DNA of 64,000 nt from Candidatus Marinacidobacterales bacterium (GCA_965219415.1 CBDCNP010000002.1:1504001-1568000); one strand, 5' to 3'; positions 1 to 10,970 are shown, counted from the first letter of the stretch. Numbers and translations are program-made. The notes: generated by a model not told the origin, from the sequence alone.

Positions 1-1
1 G

Positions 2-976
2 CAGTTCGGTGGCATCGAGAAAACGGTCCAAACGCGCTCGCTGGCTGTCATCCGCGAGGAGCTTTCTCGCGGTTCGTCTCTGGCCGATTCGATGTTCGCA
101 CTCCAAGGCCTCGGGAGCTTTCCCATCACCCTGGCCGGAACGGATGAACAAAGAAAACGTTATCTTCCTCCGATAGGTAAGGGCGAATCGGTCGCGGCAT
201 TCGCGCTCACCGAGCCCGAGGCCGGAAGTGATGTTGGCGCGATAACGACCCGAGCCAAAAAAAAGGCCGGCCGCTACATCATTAATGGTGAAAAATGCTT
301 CATCTCGAACGCGGGAATCGCCGGAACATATATCGTCTTTGCCTCGACCGAACCGGAGGCCGGAAGCAAAGGGCTTTCAGCGTTCGTTGTGGAGGGGTCC
401 TCCCCAGGGTTGAAGCTCAAGGAAAAAACCGCATTGATGGCCCCTCACCCCAACGGTTCGATTGAGCTCAAAGACTGCGAGGTACCTGAATCACAAAGAC
501 TTGGTGAGGAGGGACAGGGAATCAAGATCGCGTTGACGACTCTCGACAAATTCCGACCGACCGTTGGAGCATCTGCTTGCGGTTTGGCGGGACGTGCTTT
601 GAAGGAATCGTTGCACTACGCTCGCGAACGACGACAATTCGGAAGCCCTATCGCAGAGTTACAGGCCATTCAGTTCAAGTTGGCCGACATGGCGACCGAG
701 CTCGACGCCTCGCGGCTTCTCGTCTACCGTGCCGCGCACGCCGGAGACACACGAGAAGGCCGCACGACCCTGGAGTCGGCGATGGCTAAGCTTTTTTCCA
801 CCGAAGCCGCCCAACGGATCATCGACCAAGCCGTTCAAATCCACGGCGGCCGCGGCCTCACCAAGGGCTCGACGGTCGAGCGGCTCTATCGTGAGATCCG
901 CGCCCTGCGGATTTACGAGGGCACTTCCGAGATCCAGCACCTGGTGATCGCCCGCGAGCTGCTCGAAAAGCCCTAA
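2..976 (+). CDS. Acyl-CoA dehydrogenase (5' end outside window)
   Basis: Frame open from base 2. Motifs FALTEPEAGSD, INGEKCFISNA, QIHGGRG, RIYEGTSEIQ. Confidence 0.95.
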   Translation, partial: QFGGIEKTVQTRSLAVIREELSRGSSLADSMFALQGLGSFPITLAGTDEQRKRYLPPIGKGESVAAFALTEPEAGSDVGAITTRAKKKAGRYIINGEKCFISNAGIAGTYIVFASTEPEAGSKGLSAFVVEGSSPGLKLKEKTALMAPHPNGSIELKDCEVPESQRLGEEGQGIKIALTTLDKFRPTVGASACGLAGRALKESLHYARERRQFGSPIAELQAIQFKLADMATELDASRLLVYRAAHAGDTREGRTTLESAMAKLFSTEAAQRIIDQAVQIHGGRGLTKGSTVERLYREIRALRIYEGTSEIQHLVIARELLEKP

Positions 977-1119
977 CCCCTACAAAATAAGCCCTTCACC
1001 TAATCTTTACATTCTGAGCTCCACTGGGTTACAATTTTCAGCTCGACTCGTGCCCTAAATCCATAATTCCTCGCACCCTTGGCCGCTACGAACTTCAGGC
1101 CGAAATCGCCCGCGGCGCG

Positions 1120-2928
1120 ATGGGGAAGGTATACCGCGGCTACGATCCACTCTGCCGTCGGGTAGTGGCCATCAAGACCATCCGACCCGAATACCTGAGG
1201 CAAGCCCATGCGAAGGACTACATGCAGCGATTCCAGCGCGAGGCGCGGGCGGCGGGTGCCCTATCCCACCCCAACATCGTGACCATCTACGACGTCAGCG
1301 ATGACTACTTCGTGATGGAGTACCTGGAAGGCATGACGCTCTTGAGCCTGCTTGCCCAAAGAGGCGCGCTTCCACCGGACGAAACGTTCGTAATCGTCTC
1401 TCCCATCGCCGATGCCCTCGACTACGCGCACCAACACGGCATCATCCATCGGGACGTGAAGCCCTCGAACATCATGATCCTTCCCGACGGCCAGCCCAAG
1501 ATCATGGACTTTGGCGTCGCACACTTGGAATCGACCATCATGACGACGGAGGGCGAGTCGTTGGGCTCGCCACCTTACATGTCGCCTGAACAAGTTCTTG
1601 GCCAAGAGCCGACCGCCCAGGCGGATACCTTCTCGCTCGGCGTCGTGACCTATGAAATATTGACCGGGAAGAGACCTTTTTCGGGAGACAAAATCCCGTC
1701 CATTCTCTTTCGGGTGGTCAACCAAGATCCTGCATCACCACGACAATGGAACGAAACTCTGCCCGCGCGTTACGACGACATCTTCCGCTCGGTCTTGGCC
1801 AAGAGGCCGATGGATCGCTACGCAACCGCCGCCGAGTTCGCGCGCACGTTGCCTTTGACCAAGCTCGAAAAGATCGAGCTCGCGACATCCGGCGCCAAGC
1901 CACCTCCGAGACCAGAGTTCTCTTCGTATTCGGTGGGAAGCGATACGGTTAGGCTCCCCGGAGTCCGGAAGGCGCCATACGTCGTTGCGCGTGATCCGGC
2001 AAGGAGGACCGCTGGCGGTAAACGGGGTCACCCCGTCGCCCTGACGCTTCGTCTCCGTCGCGCAACGTTCATCGCGACAACTTCTCTTCTCGCCGCAGCC
2101 GGTGCGGCCATCATCGCTATTTTCGTCGGCGCCAGTGCCTCGACACCCGTCGCGCCGGCCGCCGTCGAAGGAATTCGCGTGGAGACGACCCCTCCCGAGG
2201 CCACTGTTTGGCTCAACGGAGACGAAGTGGGTACTTCACCCGTGGTCTTGAATCCCGTTCCCGATGGCCAACTAGAGCTTCGAGTCGCCAAGAAAGGGTT
2301 CCTGCCGGTCGAGAAAAGCTTCGACGTGCAGGCCGGGATGCTGCCCGCCTTCGCCTACTTGGAAATGCTCCCGGCTCGCACCAGTCTGTTTCTGAGCGCC
2401 GAACCGGAAGGAGCCTTGGTCAGGATAGACGGGGAATCCGCCGGACCCTCGCCCATCGAAGACTTCCCTATCCACCCGGGCGCCCACGAGATCGCAGTAG
2501 AGCGAGAAGGGTTTCGTCCGTGGAGTTTCGACATCGATGCGGAAGCCGGTGAAAGCCTTCATCTCCGGGCGCGTCTGACGGCCTTGGCCTTGCGTCCGGC
2601 GTCCACGACCCACAAGGGCGATCTCGTCGAGCTTGGCCCGGACATGACTCCACCCCGGAGGATCCGCGGAGACTTTGCTTCCTATCCGGAAGATGCCATC
2701 GAGCAAGGAGAAGAAGGCACCGTCATGGTGGAGATGATCATCACCGAGGGCGGCCATCCGATGGATCTGCAGGTGATCGAATCGGCGGGCTCGATCCTGG
2801 ACCGGGCGGTGCTCGATGCTCTGTGGACATGGCGCTTCCAACCGACGGAAAAACACGGGGTTCGCGTTAGGGTGCGATGGCGTGTCAGCCAAAGCTTCCG
2901 CCGCGGCCAGGAAGCCGCGGGAAGCTAA
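1120..2928 (+). CDS. Membrane Ser/Thr protein kinase with two PEGA domains and a C-terminal TonB domain
   Basis: VAIK, HRDVKPSN, DFG and SPE kinase motifs. TM segment (LLAAAGAAIIAIFVG). PEGA repeats (VETTPPEATVWLNG; AEPEGALVRIDG). TonB_C (YPEDA...GTVMVEMIIT...WRFQP). Homology continues upstream in frame (LGRYELQAEIARGAMG), so the true start is probably near 1050. Confidence 0.9.
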   Translation: MGKVYRGYDPLCRRVVAIKTIRPEYLRQAHAKDYMQRFQREARAAGALSHPNIVTIYDVSDDYFVMEYLEGMTLLSLLAQRGALPPDETFVIVSPIADALDYAHQHGIIHRDVKPSNIMILPDGQPKIMDFGVAHLESTIMTTEGESLGSPPYMSPEQVLGQEPTAQADTFSLGVVTYEILTGKRPFSGDKIPSILFRVVNQDPASPRQWNETLPARYDDIFRSVLAKRPMDRYATAAEFARTLPLTKLEKIELATSGAKPPPRPEFSSYSVGSDTVRLPGVRKAPYVVARDPARRTAGGKRGHPVALTLRLRRATFIATTSLLAAAGAAIIAIFVGASASTPVAPAAVEGIRVETTPPEATVWLNGDEVGTSPVVLNPVPDGQLELRVAKKGFLPVEKSFDVQAGMLPAFAYLEMLPARTSLFLSAEPEGALVRIDGESAGPSPIEDFPIHPGAHEIAVEREGFRPWSFDIDAEAGESLHLRARLTALALRPASTTHKGDLVELGPDMTPPRRIRGDFASYPEDAIEQGEEGTVMVEMIITEGGHPMDLQVIESAGSILDRAVLDALWTWRFQPTEKHGVRVRVRWRVSQSFRRGQEAAGS

Positions 2929-3101
2929 CCGGCCCGGGTCTCAACCTCTTAATAGCTACCTCAATCCCTCTCCCCTCCGCCTAACCCCTTGAGCCCTATA
3001 GATGTAGGGAAACTACCCCAGTTTCAAGCCACTACGGAGCCGCTACCGACGGTAACACCCGATCGGCGTGGGTGATGGTAGGAATCGATAGTTCGCACGA
3101 G

Positions 3102-3169
3102 TATTCTATTTGTTTTCAAAGGTTTAGGTCAGACGACTCGATTGCTGGCGCGTTGGCGTGATGCTTGCA
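3102..3169 (+). promoter_or_regulatory. Sigma54 (-24/-12) promoter with upstream IHF-like site for the PilY1-like gene
   Basis: TTGGCGTGATGCTTGCA at 3153-3169 (GG-N10-GC). TTTCAAAGGTTTA at 3114-3126 is close to the IHF consensus WATCAANNNNTTR. Confidence 0.75.
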
Positions 3170-3251
3170 AAGACTGGGGGTGTTCCCAACAACTAAAACT
3201 AAAGATCCTCGAGTTTCCGGAGGGGTCTTCGAATTGCCGAAGGGGAAGGTC

Positions 3252-3560
3252 ATGTTGAAAACAGCGTCTAAGAGAGTCGCGTTGCTGGTGTTGGCGATCA
3301 TGATATCGCTCAGTTGGGTCCACAGCGGCCGGACGGTGGCGTCGTGTCTCATCGAACGAGGCATCGATCCGCTGGATATCCTCAAGATCGAGGTCAAACA
3401 CAACGTTTGGATCGGGATCGACAACTCGGGCTCGATGAAGAGTTTGGTCAGCGGAGACCCGCTCAATAGGGACCGTCTGGACGTCGCCAAAGACGCCTTG
3501 GAATCGGTCATCACCGGTGTTGGTGACGCGGTCAACTGGGGCTTCTTCTATACGGTGTGA
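3252..3560 (+). pseudogene. PilY1/PilC-like secreted vWA protein, N-terminal fragment (interrupted by IS30)
   Basis: RBS AGGGGAAGG before ATG 3252, signal peptide, vWA MIDAS motif IGIDNSGSM, then RLDVAKDAL...VNWGFF. Ends at the IS30 boundary. Confidence 0.75.
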
Positions 3561-4634
3561 CTTCAAGTTTGAAGCGCACCATTCGTTAGAGCCCATGGAA
3601 ACGTTCCTCCGGTGTGCGGTAGCCGAGTCTCTTGCGGGGCCGTGAAGTTGAGCTTGTTTGCGATACGATCGCAGTCGCGTTGCGTGAGCGCTGCTTGGCT
3701 GGTGCGCTTCGGCAGGTATTGTCGTAGCAGGCCATTGAAGTTCTCGTTGCTGCCTCTCTCCCATGAGTGATAGGGAGTTGCGAAGTAGAACTTGACGCCG
3801 GTCGCTTCCTCGACGGATTCGTAGTCGTGGAACTCCGTACCATTGTCCGCGGTGATCGTCTTGACCTGCTCCGGCACCCGCCGGAGCAACATCTTCGTTC
3901 GCTGACTAGTGCTGAACATGGTGCGGTCGGACAGCTTGCCGATCAGCGCATAGCCCGTCTTTCGTTCCACGAGCGTGGTTACGCAGTCCGGCGCGCCTTT
4001 TCCTACCACGGTGTCGATCTCCCAGTGGCCAACGGCACTGCGCTTGTCGACACAAGGCGGCCGCTCGGAGATATGACGCTTCCCGGCCAGGTGGCCTCGG
4101 CTGTCATAGCTGTTGTGGCGCTTGCGTCTAAGTTTGGGCGAGCATCGAAGGTGGCGGTATAGATGTCCTCCGGCCTCCTTGTCCCGCCAGACGTGGGTGT
4201 AGATCGTCTCGTGGCTGATCGAGAACTCGCCGTGAAGGCGCAGGTGGCCGGAGATCTGCTCTGGGCTCCAGTCAGCCTTAAGCTTCTTCTCCACCAGGGC
4301 AAAGTCGGCCTTTGTGAAGTACTGGTTCCGGCGAGACCGCGATCGTCGTCCGTTCGTTTTCTCGATGGCCTTGCTCGGCCGGTAGCATCCATCACTACGT
4401 GAGCTGTTCCTCCTGACCTCTCTCGAGATTGTGCTCCGGTGGCGCCCCAGGCGCCGCGCAATCTCGGCCGAGCAAAATCCCTCCCGTCGCAGCGCCGCGA
4501 TGGTGTATCGTTCTTCCGAGGTGATCTGGTAATAAGTCATTAGCGAGTCCCCATTCTTGGTTGTTTGAGGAATCGTGGCACATTCCAGGTCACCTCATCC
4601 GGAAGCTGTGTTGCACTTACTTTATGAATTCGCG
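3556..4634 (-). mobile_element. IS30-family insertion sequence
   Basis: Imperfect terminal IRs (GTGACTTCAAGTTTGAAGCGCACC versus the reverse complement of 4610-4633). 3-bp direct repeat CGG at 3553-3555 and 4635-4637. Confidence 0.85.
3563..4540 (-). CDS. IS30-family transposase (apparent compensating frameshifts near the C-terminus)
   Basis: HTH (IARRLGRHRSTISRE), WSPEQI, GHWEIDTV, TADNGTEF, SWERGSNENFNGLLRQYLPK. The RPRKRLGYRTP motif lies in the alternative frame (3586-3843). Confidence 0.93.
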   Translation of the reverse strand: MTYYQITSEERYTIAALRREGFCSAEIARRLGRHRSTISREVRRNSSRSDGCYRPSKAIEKTNGRRSRSRRNQYFTKADFALVEKKLKADWSPEQISGHLRLHGEFSISHETIYTHVWRDKEAGGHLYRHLRCSPKLRRKRHNSYDSRGHLAGKRHISERPPCVDKRSAVGHWEIDTVVGKGAPDCVTTLVERKTGYALIGKLSDRTMFSTSQRTKMLLRRVPEQVKTITADNGTEFHDYESVEEATGVKFYFATPYHSWERGSNENFNGLLRQYLPKRTSQAALTQRDCDRIANKLNFTAPQETRLPHTGGTFPWALTNGALQT

Positions 4635-5549
4635 CGGCCTAACAAAGAGACAAGGCCAACGGGGAAGACGATCCGGCCCCCTGGGGTTGTGCCATAAACC
4701 CCCCAGTTGCGACCGAGCACGTGATGGAATTCGACGCCGACGGCTCGCTCAAGAAAGGCGACGGTTCCACCTACGACTTCGGGATATCGCCAGGGACCGG
4801 TCAGCAAGCCAACTGTGTAGGTCTGGAGCTCGCCGATATGATCCTTCCCGTAGCCTGCGGCAACAACGACAACTTAACGACCATCCTGGGCATGCTCAAA
4901 CCGGACACTGAAGGCGGTATTAAGCACAATGGAGGCACCGCGAACGCTCCTTCCTTGGATCAAATCGCCAACATGATCGCCAACGGCTACATGGGCGCCT
5001 CCCGACCGCCGGGACAGAAGAACATCATCATCTATCTATCTGACGGTGCGGAAGACTGCTCCTGCGAGACCAATCTCGTTGAACTGCCTTCGGGTCCGGG
5101 GGCCGGACCGGCCCCGGCTGAGAGTGCCGCGGAACTGCGAGTGGATCCGAACTCCGACATGACTGTCTTCGAGGATATGGCTACATTCGGGAGCGACGGC
5201 GGGTTTAGACAGGCCTACAACGCGGGCATCATGGCACGGCACGCGTTGACTCGGATCGATCCCAATTTCGACGGCTCCGAGGGAGATATTTTCATCGGCT
5301 ACGTTTTCGACGATAGTGATAGGGCCACCAAGGCGGCCAATCACTGGGCCTGGGAAGCCTCCGGTTACGGTTGGACGAGCCGGCCGGAGTGTGGCCCGGC
5401 GGGTGGGATCGGCTGCTCTCGACCGGCTGTGTTTGCGACGGATGAGCAAAAGCTCGTGGATGCCCTGACCAATATGCTCGCCCAAATCGGCGTGCCTTCC
5501 GCCACCGTCAGCGCGGGAGGTTCGGTGGTCGGTACGGTAAAAGAAATCG
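4635..5549 (+). pseudogene. PilY1-like protein, middle fragment (rest of vWA domain), cut by ISL3
   Basis: ORF 4721-5650: GGTANAPSL, KNIIIYLSDGAEDC, AVFATDEQKLVDAL are vWA features. In frame with the N-terminal fragment once IS30 is removed. Confidence 0.7.
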
Positions 5550-6567
5550 GGGTCTACGCGGATTCGTGTGGGTTGAAAACTGCATTTCTGGGTAATGGCG
5601 GAAGGAAAGCCGCCACGATCTTCAGCTTGAGATATTCCTCGTCGCGATAGCCGTAGGCGCGTCGTTGCAGAACACGGATTTTGTTGTTGACCCCTTCAAC
5701 TAGGCCGAGACTGACTTTGTTCTCCGGATGACAGTAGGAGGCGATACCATCCCAATGGGACTCAATCATACCGGCGAACTTCTGGTACGGATGCAGGCGT
5801 TGCCATTTGAGGCTGTCTTTCCAACGAGTGAAAAAGGCGCGAGCGCCGCGTTCGGTGCGGTAATCCCAGAGTTGCCCGAAGGCCTCCTTCAAAATATAGG
5901 CGGTGTTCAGGCGCCGGTTGGCCTGGAGCAACTTTTTGAGTGCGCGGCGACCGTCTAGGCTCAGGTTCTCCCGCCGGGAAAGCAAAGTGTAACGCTGCCC
6001 CTTGATGTACGACCGGTCCTTGCCGCTGAGGCGTTTGTACTCACCACGCCGGACCTCATCGAGGGCCTTTGACAGATGACGCATGATATGAAACTTGTCG
6101 AAGATGATCCGCGCATTGGGCGCGTTGTGAATCACCGAGTTCCGGAAGGGCTTCCACATATCCATGGCGGCCAGCTTGATACGGGCGCTTTTCTTTCCGC
6201 CCAGCGCCTTGAAGAACAAATCGATGTCGGTTTCTTTGCGACCCTCACCGCCCACCCAGATGGGACGCGCCCGCTCCAGGTCGCTGACAATGACGCGATA
6301 GTTATGTCCCTTGCGGATGGAGATCTCATCGACACCGATGGCCCGAGGCGCCGGTAGCCCCGCCCGGTCGACCTGCTCTTGCATGTAGAGCGTATCCAGA
6401 GCCTTCACCGTACCGTGGTGCAAACGTTCCATCTCGGCCACCGCCTTGTTCGGCATATCCCGGCACAGCTTGCCCACATGCGTCGCAAAACGCTGGGTGT
6501 AGCGCGAGTTGTTCGCCAGCCAGTCTAGGTGTTCTACATGCACACCGCCGCACCCAGAACACGGAAC
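5550..6567 (-). mobile_element. ISL3-family element, 5'-truncated
   Basis: One terminus, GGGTCTACGCGGATTCGTG, at 5550. The other end and the transposase N-terminus are missing. Confidence 0.8.
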
Positions 6568-6570
6568 CAT
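5554..6570 (-). pseudogene. ISL3-family transposase, N-terminally truncated
   Basis: IGVDEISIRKGHNY, AMDMWKPF, FDKFHI, EGVNNKIRVLQRRAYGYRD. Begins inside the Zn-finger (CSGCG). Confidence 0.9.
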
Positions 6571-7471
6571 CTACAAGAAGCTGGGACCGATTGCCGACAA
6601 GGTGGATGGCGGCGCGGGCGAACCGGGGGTCGACCAAAATGCCCTGGTCGCCACACCGGCTCTTCTCAACCCGCACGACCCGGGAGTCGCCGACGGGAGG
6701 GACTTCGTGACCCGCGCCTATATCGGCGACTTGCAGGGCGTGGTCCACAAGTTGGATCTCACCGACGCCGATCCGGACAATTGGGAGTTCGGTGTCTTCT
6801 TCGAGTTGACGAGCGAGGCCGACCAGGCGGAGGCTCAAGGCTTCTACAATCAGCCCATCGCCACTCAAGCCGCGGTCATGAAACTCTCCGGCTCGGACCG
6901 AATCCTCGTCTTCGTTGGAACCGGTGATGACAGCCGAGTGGATCTCGTCGACCCGGAACGCTTCAAGATCGCGGGCATCGAAGACACCGACAGCCCCGGC
7001 ACCATCTTAGCCAGTGATGCGGCTTTCAAGGGCACCCTGGCGCCCCTCGATGGCGGAGGTGAGTTCTGGTTCGACCTCCCTGCCGAAGAACGGATGTCGG
7101 TGTCGCCGGTCGTCGCTAGGAATACGCCTACCAACGGGGTTGTCTTCTTCGCCACGCACCGTGCCGATCTGGATCCTGTTCTCTGCGAGACGAACTTCTT
7201 CAGCACCTTGTTCGCCGCGGGTGTCTCGACGGGCTTAGGGTCCTTCGACCTCGACCCCAGCACGGCGGGCGTGCAGGACAGTGCCGATCTCGGTGAGGGA
7301 AAAATCACCGGGCTATTCCACCGCGACGGGCATCTCTACGTGAGCAAGAGCGGAGGTTTGAACGGCGCGTCGGAAACCCAGGTACGCGGGAGCGATGAGT
7401 TTCCGCAGCCGATGGTTACCGCCGGTACCATCCAGGTTCTAGTGGACGCCTTCCGGATGTCACCGTTCTAG
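6560..7471 (+). pseudogene. PilY1-like protein, C-terminal beta-propeller fragment
   Basis: ORF 6509-7471: NALVATPA, RAYIGDLQGVVHKLDL, QPIAT, LVFVGTG, WFDLPAEERMSVSPVV, GVVFFAT, as in PilY1/PilC propellers. Confidence 0.75.
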
Positions 7472-7486
7472 GAAGCAAATGAGTCC

Positions 7487-7526
7487 AAGGCTGTCGGGGC
7501 GCCGAGGCGCTCCGGCAGCCTTTTTT
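7487..7526 (+). terminator. Rho-independent terminator
   Basis: AAGGCTGTCGGGGCGC-CGAG-GCGCTCCGGCAGCC hairpin followed by TTTTTT, just after the stop at 7471. Confidence 0.85.
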
Positions 7527-7622
7527 GTTTTTGACCCGCTCATCGAGAGAATGGAACCCCCTAGTCGGTACTTCGTGGGGGTTGCCCCACACCGCGTGGG
7601 CCGCACCTCTCGCCGGCACATC

Positions 7623-7687
7623 TAAGTTGTTCTCAAGTTAGAGCTTACGCCAACTCCCCTGGTCCGCTTCTAGGCACAGGGTTTGCT
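7623..7687 (+). promoter_or_regulatory. Sigma54 promoter with upstream IHF-like site
   Basis: TAGGCACAGGGTTTGCT at 7671-7687 (GG-N10-GC). TAAGTTGTTCTCAAGTTAGAGCTTA at 7623-7647. Confidence 0.65.
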
Positions 7688-7822
7688 ACGCATGGATATG
7701 GCGCAAATCCAGCGTCATTCTTATGTAAGTCCTATATGGAGTGGCGGAACCGCGGGCCATTAACGAGCGGATCGTATTGCTAGATCCAAGGTCCAACCAG
7801 AGTGGAGCTCAAAGAGTAGGAC

Positions 7823-8029
7823 ATGTCTAGATTTAGCATAGATTTTTCGGATGAGGCCGAGAGAGATCTGCAAGGCCTGATCAAGGCGCTCGGCGTCAAG
7901 TCGAAGGCCGATGTTCTCCGAAAGGCGCTGAATCTTCTCAACTACGTGGTCCGGGCACAAGAAGAAGGCGGCAAGCTCGTGGTTGAGAACCAGAAAGACA
8001 AGTCTAGGAAAGAAGTCATCACCCTATGA
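7823..8029 (+). CDS. Small ribbon-helix-helix (CopG-like) DNA-binding protein
   Basis: N-terminal beta strand RFSIDF, then helices (DLQGLIKALG, SKADVLRKALNLLNY) and a GGKLVVE tail. RBS present. Confidence 0.75.
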   Translation: MSRFSIDFSDEAERDLQGLIKALGVKSKADVLRKALNLLNYVVRAQEEGGKLVVENQKDKSRKEVITL

Positions 8030-8057
8030 ACCTTGCCGTGTTGGACGCCCAATAAAA

Positions 8058-10957
8058 ATGAGCCGAATCCTCTCTCTTTACGGGAACTTGGGCAAAGATC
8101 CCCTGTCGGTAATCGTCCGTGCTATCTATCTTGGCGGCAAGAGCGGTGTTCTCTATCTTTCTAACAAGAATGTATCCAAGCGAATCTATTTCAACAAAGG
8201 ATCGATAGTCTTTGCCGGCTCAGACGATGACGAGGACCGACTCGGCGAGGTTCTAATACGCGAAGGAAAGATCAAACGCAGCGATCTCGAGTTCGCTTGG
8301 CAGGTCATGAAGCAGACTGGGCAGAGTCTCGAGGAGACCCTTGTTGAGATGGAGTTCATGTCGCCGCAAGAGATCGACGCTCAGGGCGTCCGGCGCACCA
8401 AACACATTATCTACTCCTCGTTCGGCTGGGTATCCGGGAAGAATCCGGTTGCCGAAGACGTGGCGCTGAACCTCTCTCCGGTCGATGTCATCTTAGAAGG
8501 CATCCGAAGCATCGAGGATACAGACACCATCCAAAACTTGCTCGGTGATCTGAAGGGAATCATCAGCAAACCGGACGTTGCGGCCCTGCCCTTCGAAGAA
8601 AATGCACTCTCTACTCAAGAGCGCGTCGTCCTCGATCTCGCAACAAGTCGCGCCGACGGCTCATCCACCGTTTCCGATCTGGCCGAGATCTCTCCCTTGG
8701 GTGCGGAGGAATCCCTCCGGTTGTCTTTGCAGCTTGGTTTCGGTCGGAGCACTGGCCATTGAGAACCCGGCCACGGCAGAGCCGGCTAAAGAAGATGCCG
8801 GGAGTGACCCTGCCATCGTAGCCGCCACAGCCAACAATTTGCCTCAACGGCTAGGTAGATACGAGATCCAAGAGCTCTTGGGACGCGGCTCCATGGGCGC
8901 GGTTTTCCTGGCAAGGGATCCCGCGATCGAGCGCGTTGTGGCCATCAAACTGATCCAAACGGCGACATTCTTGACCGCTCGGGAGCAGGAACGATACAGG
9001 AACCGTTTTCGTCGTGAAGCGAAAGCCGCCGGGAAGCTCATTCACCCGGGCATCGTAACCGTCTTCGATGTGGGGCATGCAGACCAGGAAAGCCCGTTCA
9101 TCGTCATGGAGTATGCGGAAGGACCCACCCTGGCTGCCCTCACCCAGGAAAAAGAGCTCGCGGTAGAAGAAACGATTCAGGTCGCCAACGAAATTCTCGA
9201 CGCGCTGGGCTACGCACATTCCTTTGGAATCGTGCATCGGGACATCAAACCGGCAAACATCCTCGTGACTCCGGGCCTACATCCGAAAATCATGGATTTT
9301 GGCATTGCCCATGTCGTGGGTACGCAATTGACACCCACCGAGCACAGTCTCGGAAGCCCGAACTACATGGCACCCGAGCAGCTTTCGAGAGGGACCATCG
9401 ATCAGCGAACCGATCTCTTCGCCTTCGGCGTCGTGATCTACCGTTTGCTTACCGGCAAGCTTCCGTTTACCGGCGACTCCTTCGCCGCCGCCGCCCCAAG
9501 CGATTCTCACAGAGAATCCGGCGTCACCGGAGAGCATCAATCCGAACGTTTCCCCCGCACTCGGCGAGATCGTCTTGCGCTGCCTAGCCAAGGATCCCGC
9601 GGACCGATTCGCCAGTGCCGAAGAGACCAAACAGGCTCTGGACTCCCATGCTTTAGGCCTCCCGATGCCGAACCTGGTGACGGCCCAAGCCCCTCCGGAA
9701 ACCGCCCAAACGCCGACCGAAGGACCAGCCGGTGAAGTACGAACCGATACCGATCTTCACGACGGTGCGGCAATGGACGATTCGGGAGTTACCCGACCGC
9801 TCGAAGGTGTGGTGCCTCCGGTCGAACACAAAGGCAAATATCTTGCACCGAAGCGACTCCTCTACGCTGCGATCGGCGCACCTGTCCTCGTAGCAGCCAT
9901 CGTGCTCCTCTTGGTTCTTCCGAGGTCGAGCATGCGCGGCGAAGAGCCACCGCCACAAGTTAATAACTCCGCAGAGCAAGTCGAACTTCATAGGACTGAC
10001 CATCGGGCCAAGCTCTATGCGGCAACTGCCTATGAGGAACTAGATGATAGCGAGCTCTTCTTCGCGGCCAACGAGGACCCTCGATTACGGAGCCGCCGAG
10101 GACGCCAAGCCGAAGTTAGAAGAGCTGCTCCGAAGGGATCCTGAATTTGCAGGTGCCGCTGATTTGCTGGCCAAGGCCGAGCGAAACCTGCGGCTTGGTA
10201 TAGAGACGGTGGAAATGGTGGACGGCGAGGACGTACGAGTCCCGGATGAGACCCGTCCCCCGGTCGCCCTCACCGACGCACAGCTCTACCGCGAGGCCAA
10301 ACAGGCGCTCGAGCGGGGAGACCGCGAGACCAGCAAAGCCAGGCTGGAGGACCTTCTCGAGAGGAACCCCAATTTTGCCGGAGCCCGTGAGCTGATGGCA
10401 CAAGCCCGTGGCGACGCGCCAATCATCCAGAGAAAACCACCTCAACCGCTCGCACTCACGGAGCCACAGCTTTTCTACGAAGCGACCCCGGCACGGGAAA
10501 ACGGAGACTTCGAGACGAGCCGGGCTAGGCTGGAAGAGCTAGTTCGAAGGAATCCGACGTTCACCGGCGCGTCCGAATTGCTCACCGAAGTGGCGACGAG
10601 CTTTGGAAGAAAAACCTGCCCGCTTCCTTCGAAGCGAGGCACCGCCACCGCATTGGCGGCTGCACGGGCTCCCTGAGCCTCCAGGCCGGCTCGATTCGTT
10701 TTCGCTCCGATGCGCACGAATGGGTGTGGGAGCTCCCCGCGATTCGTGTGATGGAAAGAACGGACTCCAAGAACGTCATTGTCGAGACATTCGAAAAGGA
10801 CGTCCTCGGAATGGGTAAGCCCAAACGTTACAGATTCACACTCAGTCGGCCGATGGGTCCAGAAACCTGGAGCCGGTACGAGAGAATAGCGAGACGAGCA
10901 ACGCTCTCAAACGGGTCCGAAGAATCCGCGGGCCAGGCCGGAAGCCGACCCCAGTGA
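8058..10957 (+). pseudogene. DUF4388-Ser/Thr kinase-TM-TPR-like repeat protein with multiple frameshifts
   Basis: DUF4388-like N-terminus (KSGVLYL..KRIYFNKGSIVFAGS..RLGEVL). Kinase (GRGSMG, HRDIKPAN, DFG, APE), TM, and three helical repeats. Spread over ORFs 7983-8762, 8578-9735, 9575-10144, 10044-10676, 10603-10818, 10724-10957. Confidence 0.85.
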
Positions 10958-10970
10958 TTCTCGGACCCCG

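Noticed and set aside
3165-3251. ORF-track start at 3165 for the vWA gene
   Set aside because: It overlaps the -12 element. ATG 3252 has an RBS and begins a signal peptide.
7823-8029. RHH as the antitoxin of a TA pair
   Set aside because: No adjacent small toxin ORF (PIN, RelE or GNAT) is present.
8058-10957. Programmed frameshifting in the multi-frame genes
   Set aside because: There are too many shifts per gene, with no consistent slippery site or stimulator. Decay or error explains them better.
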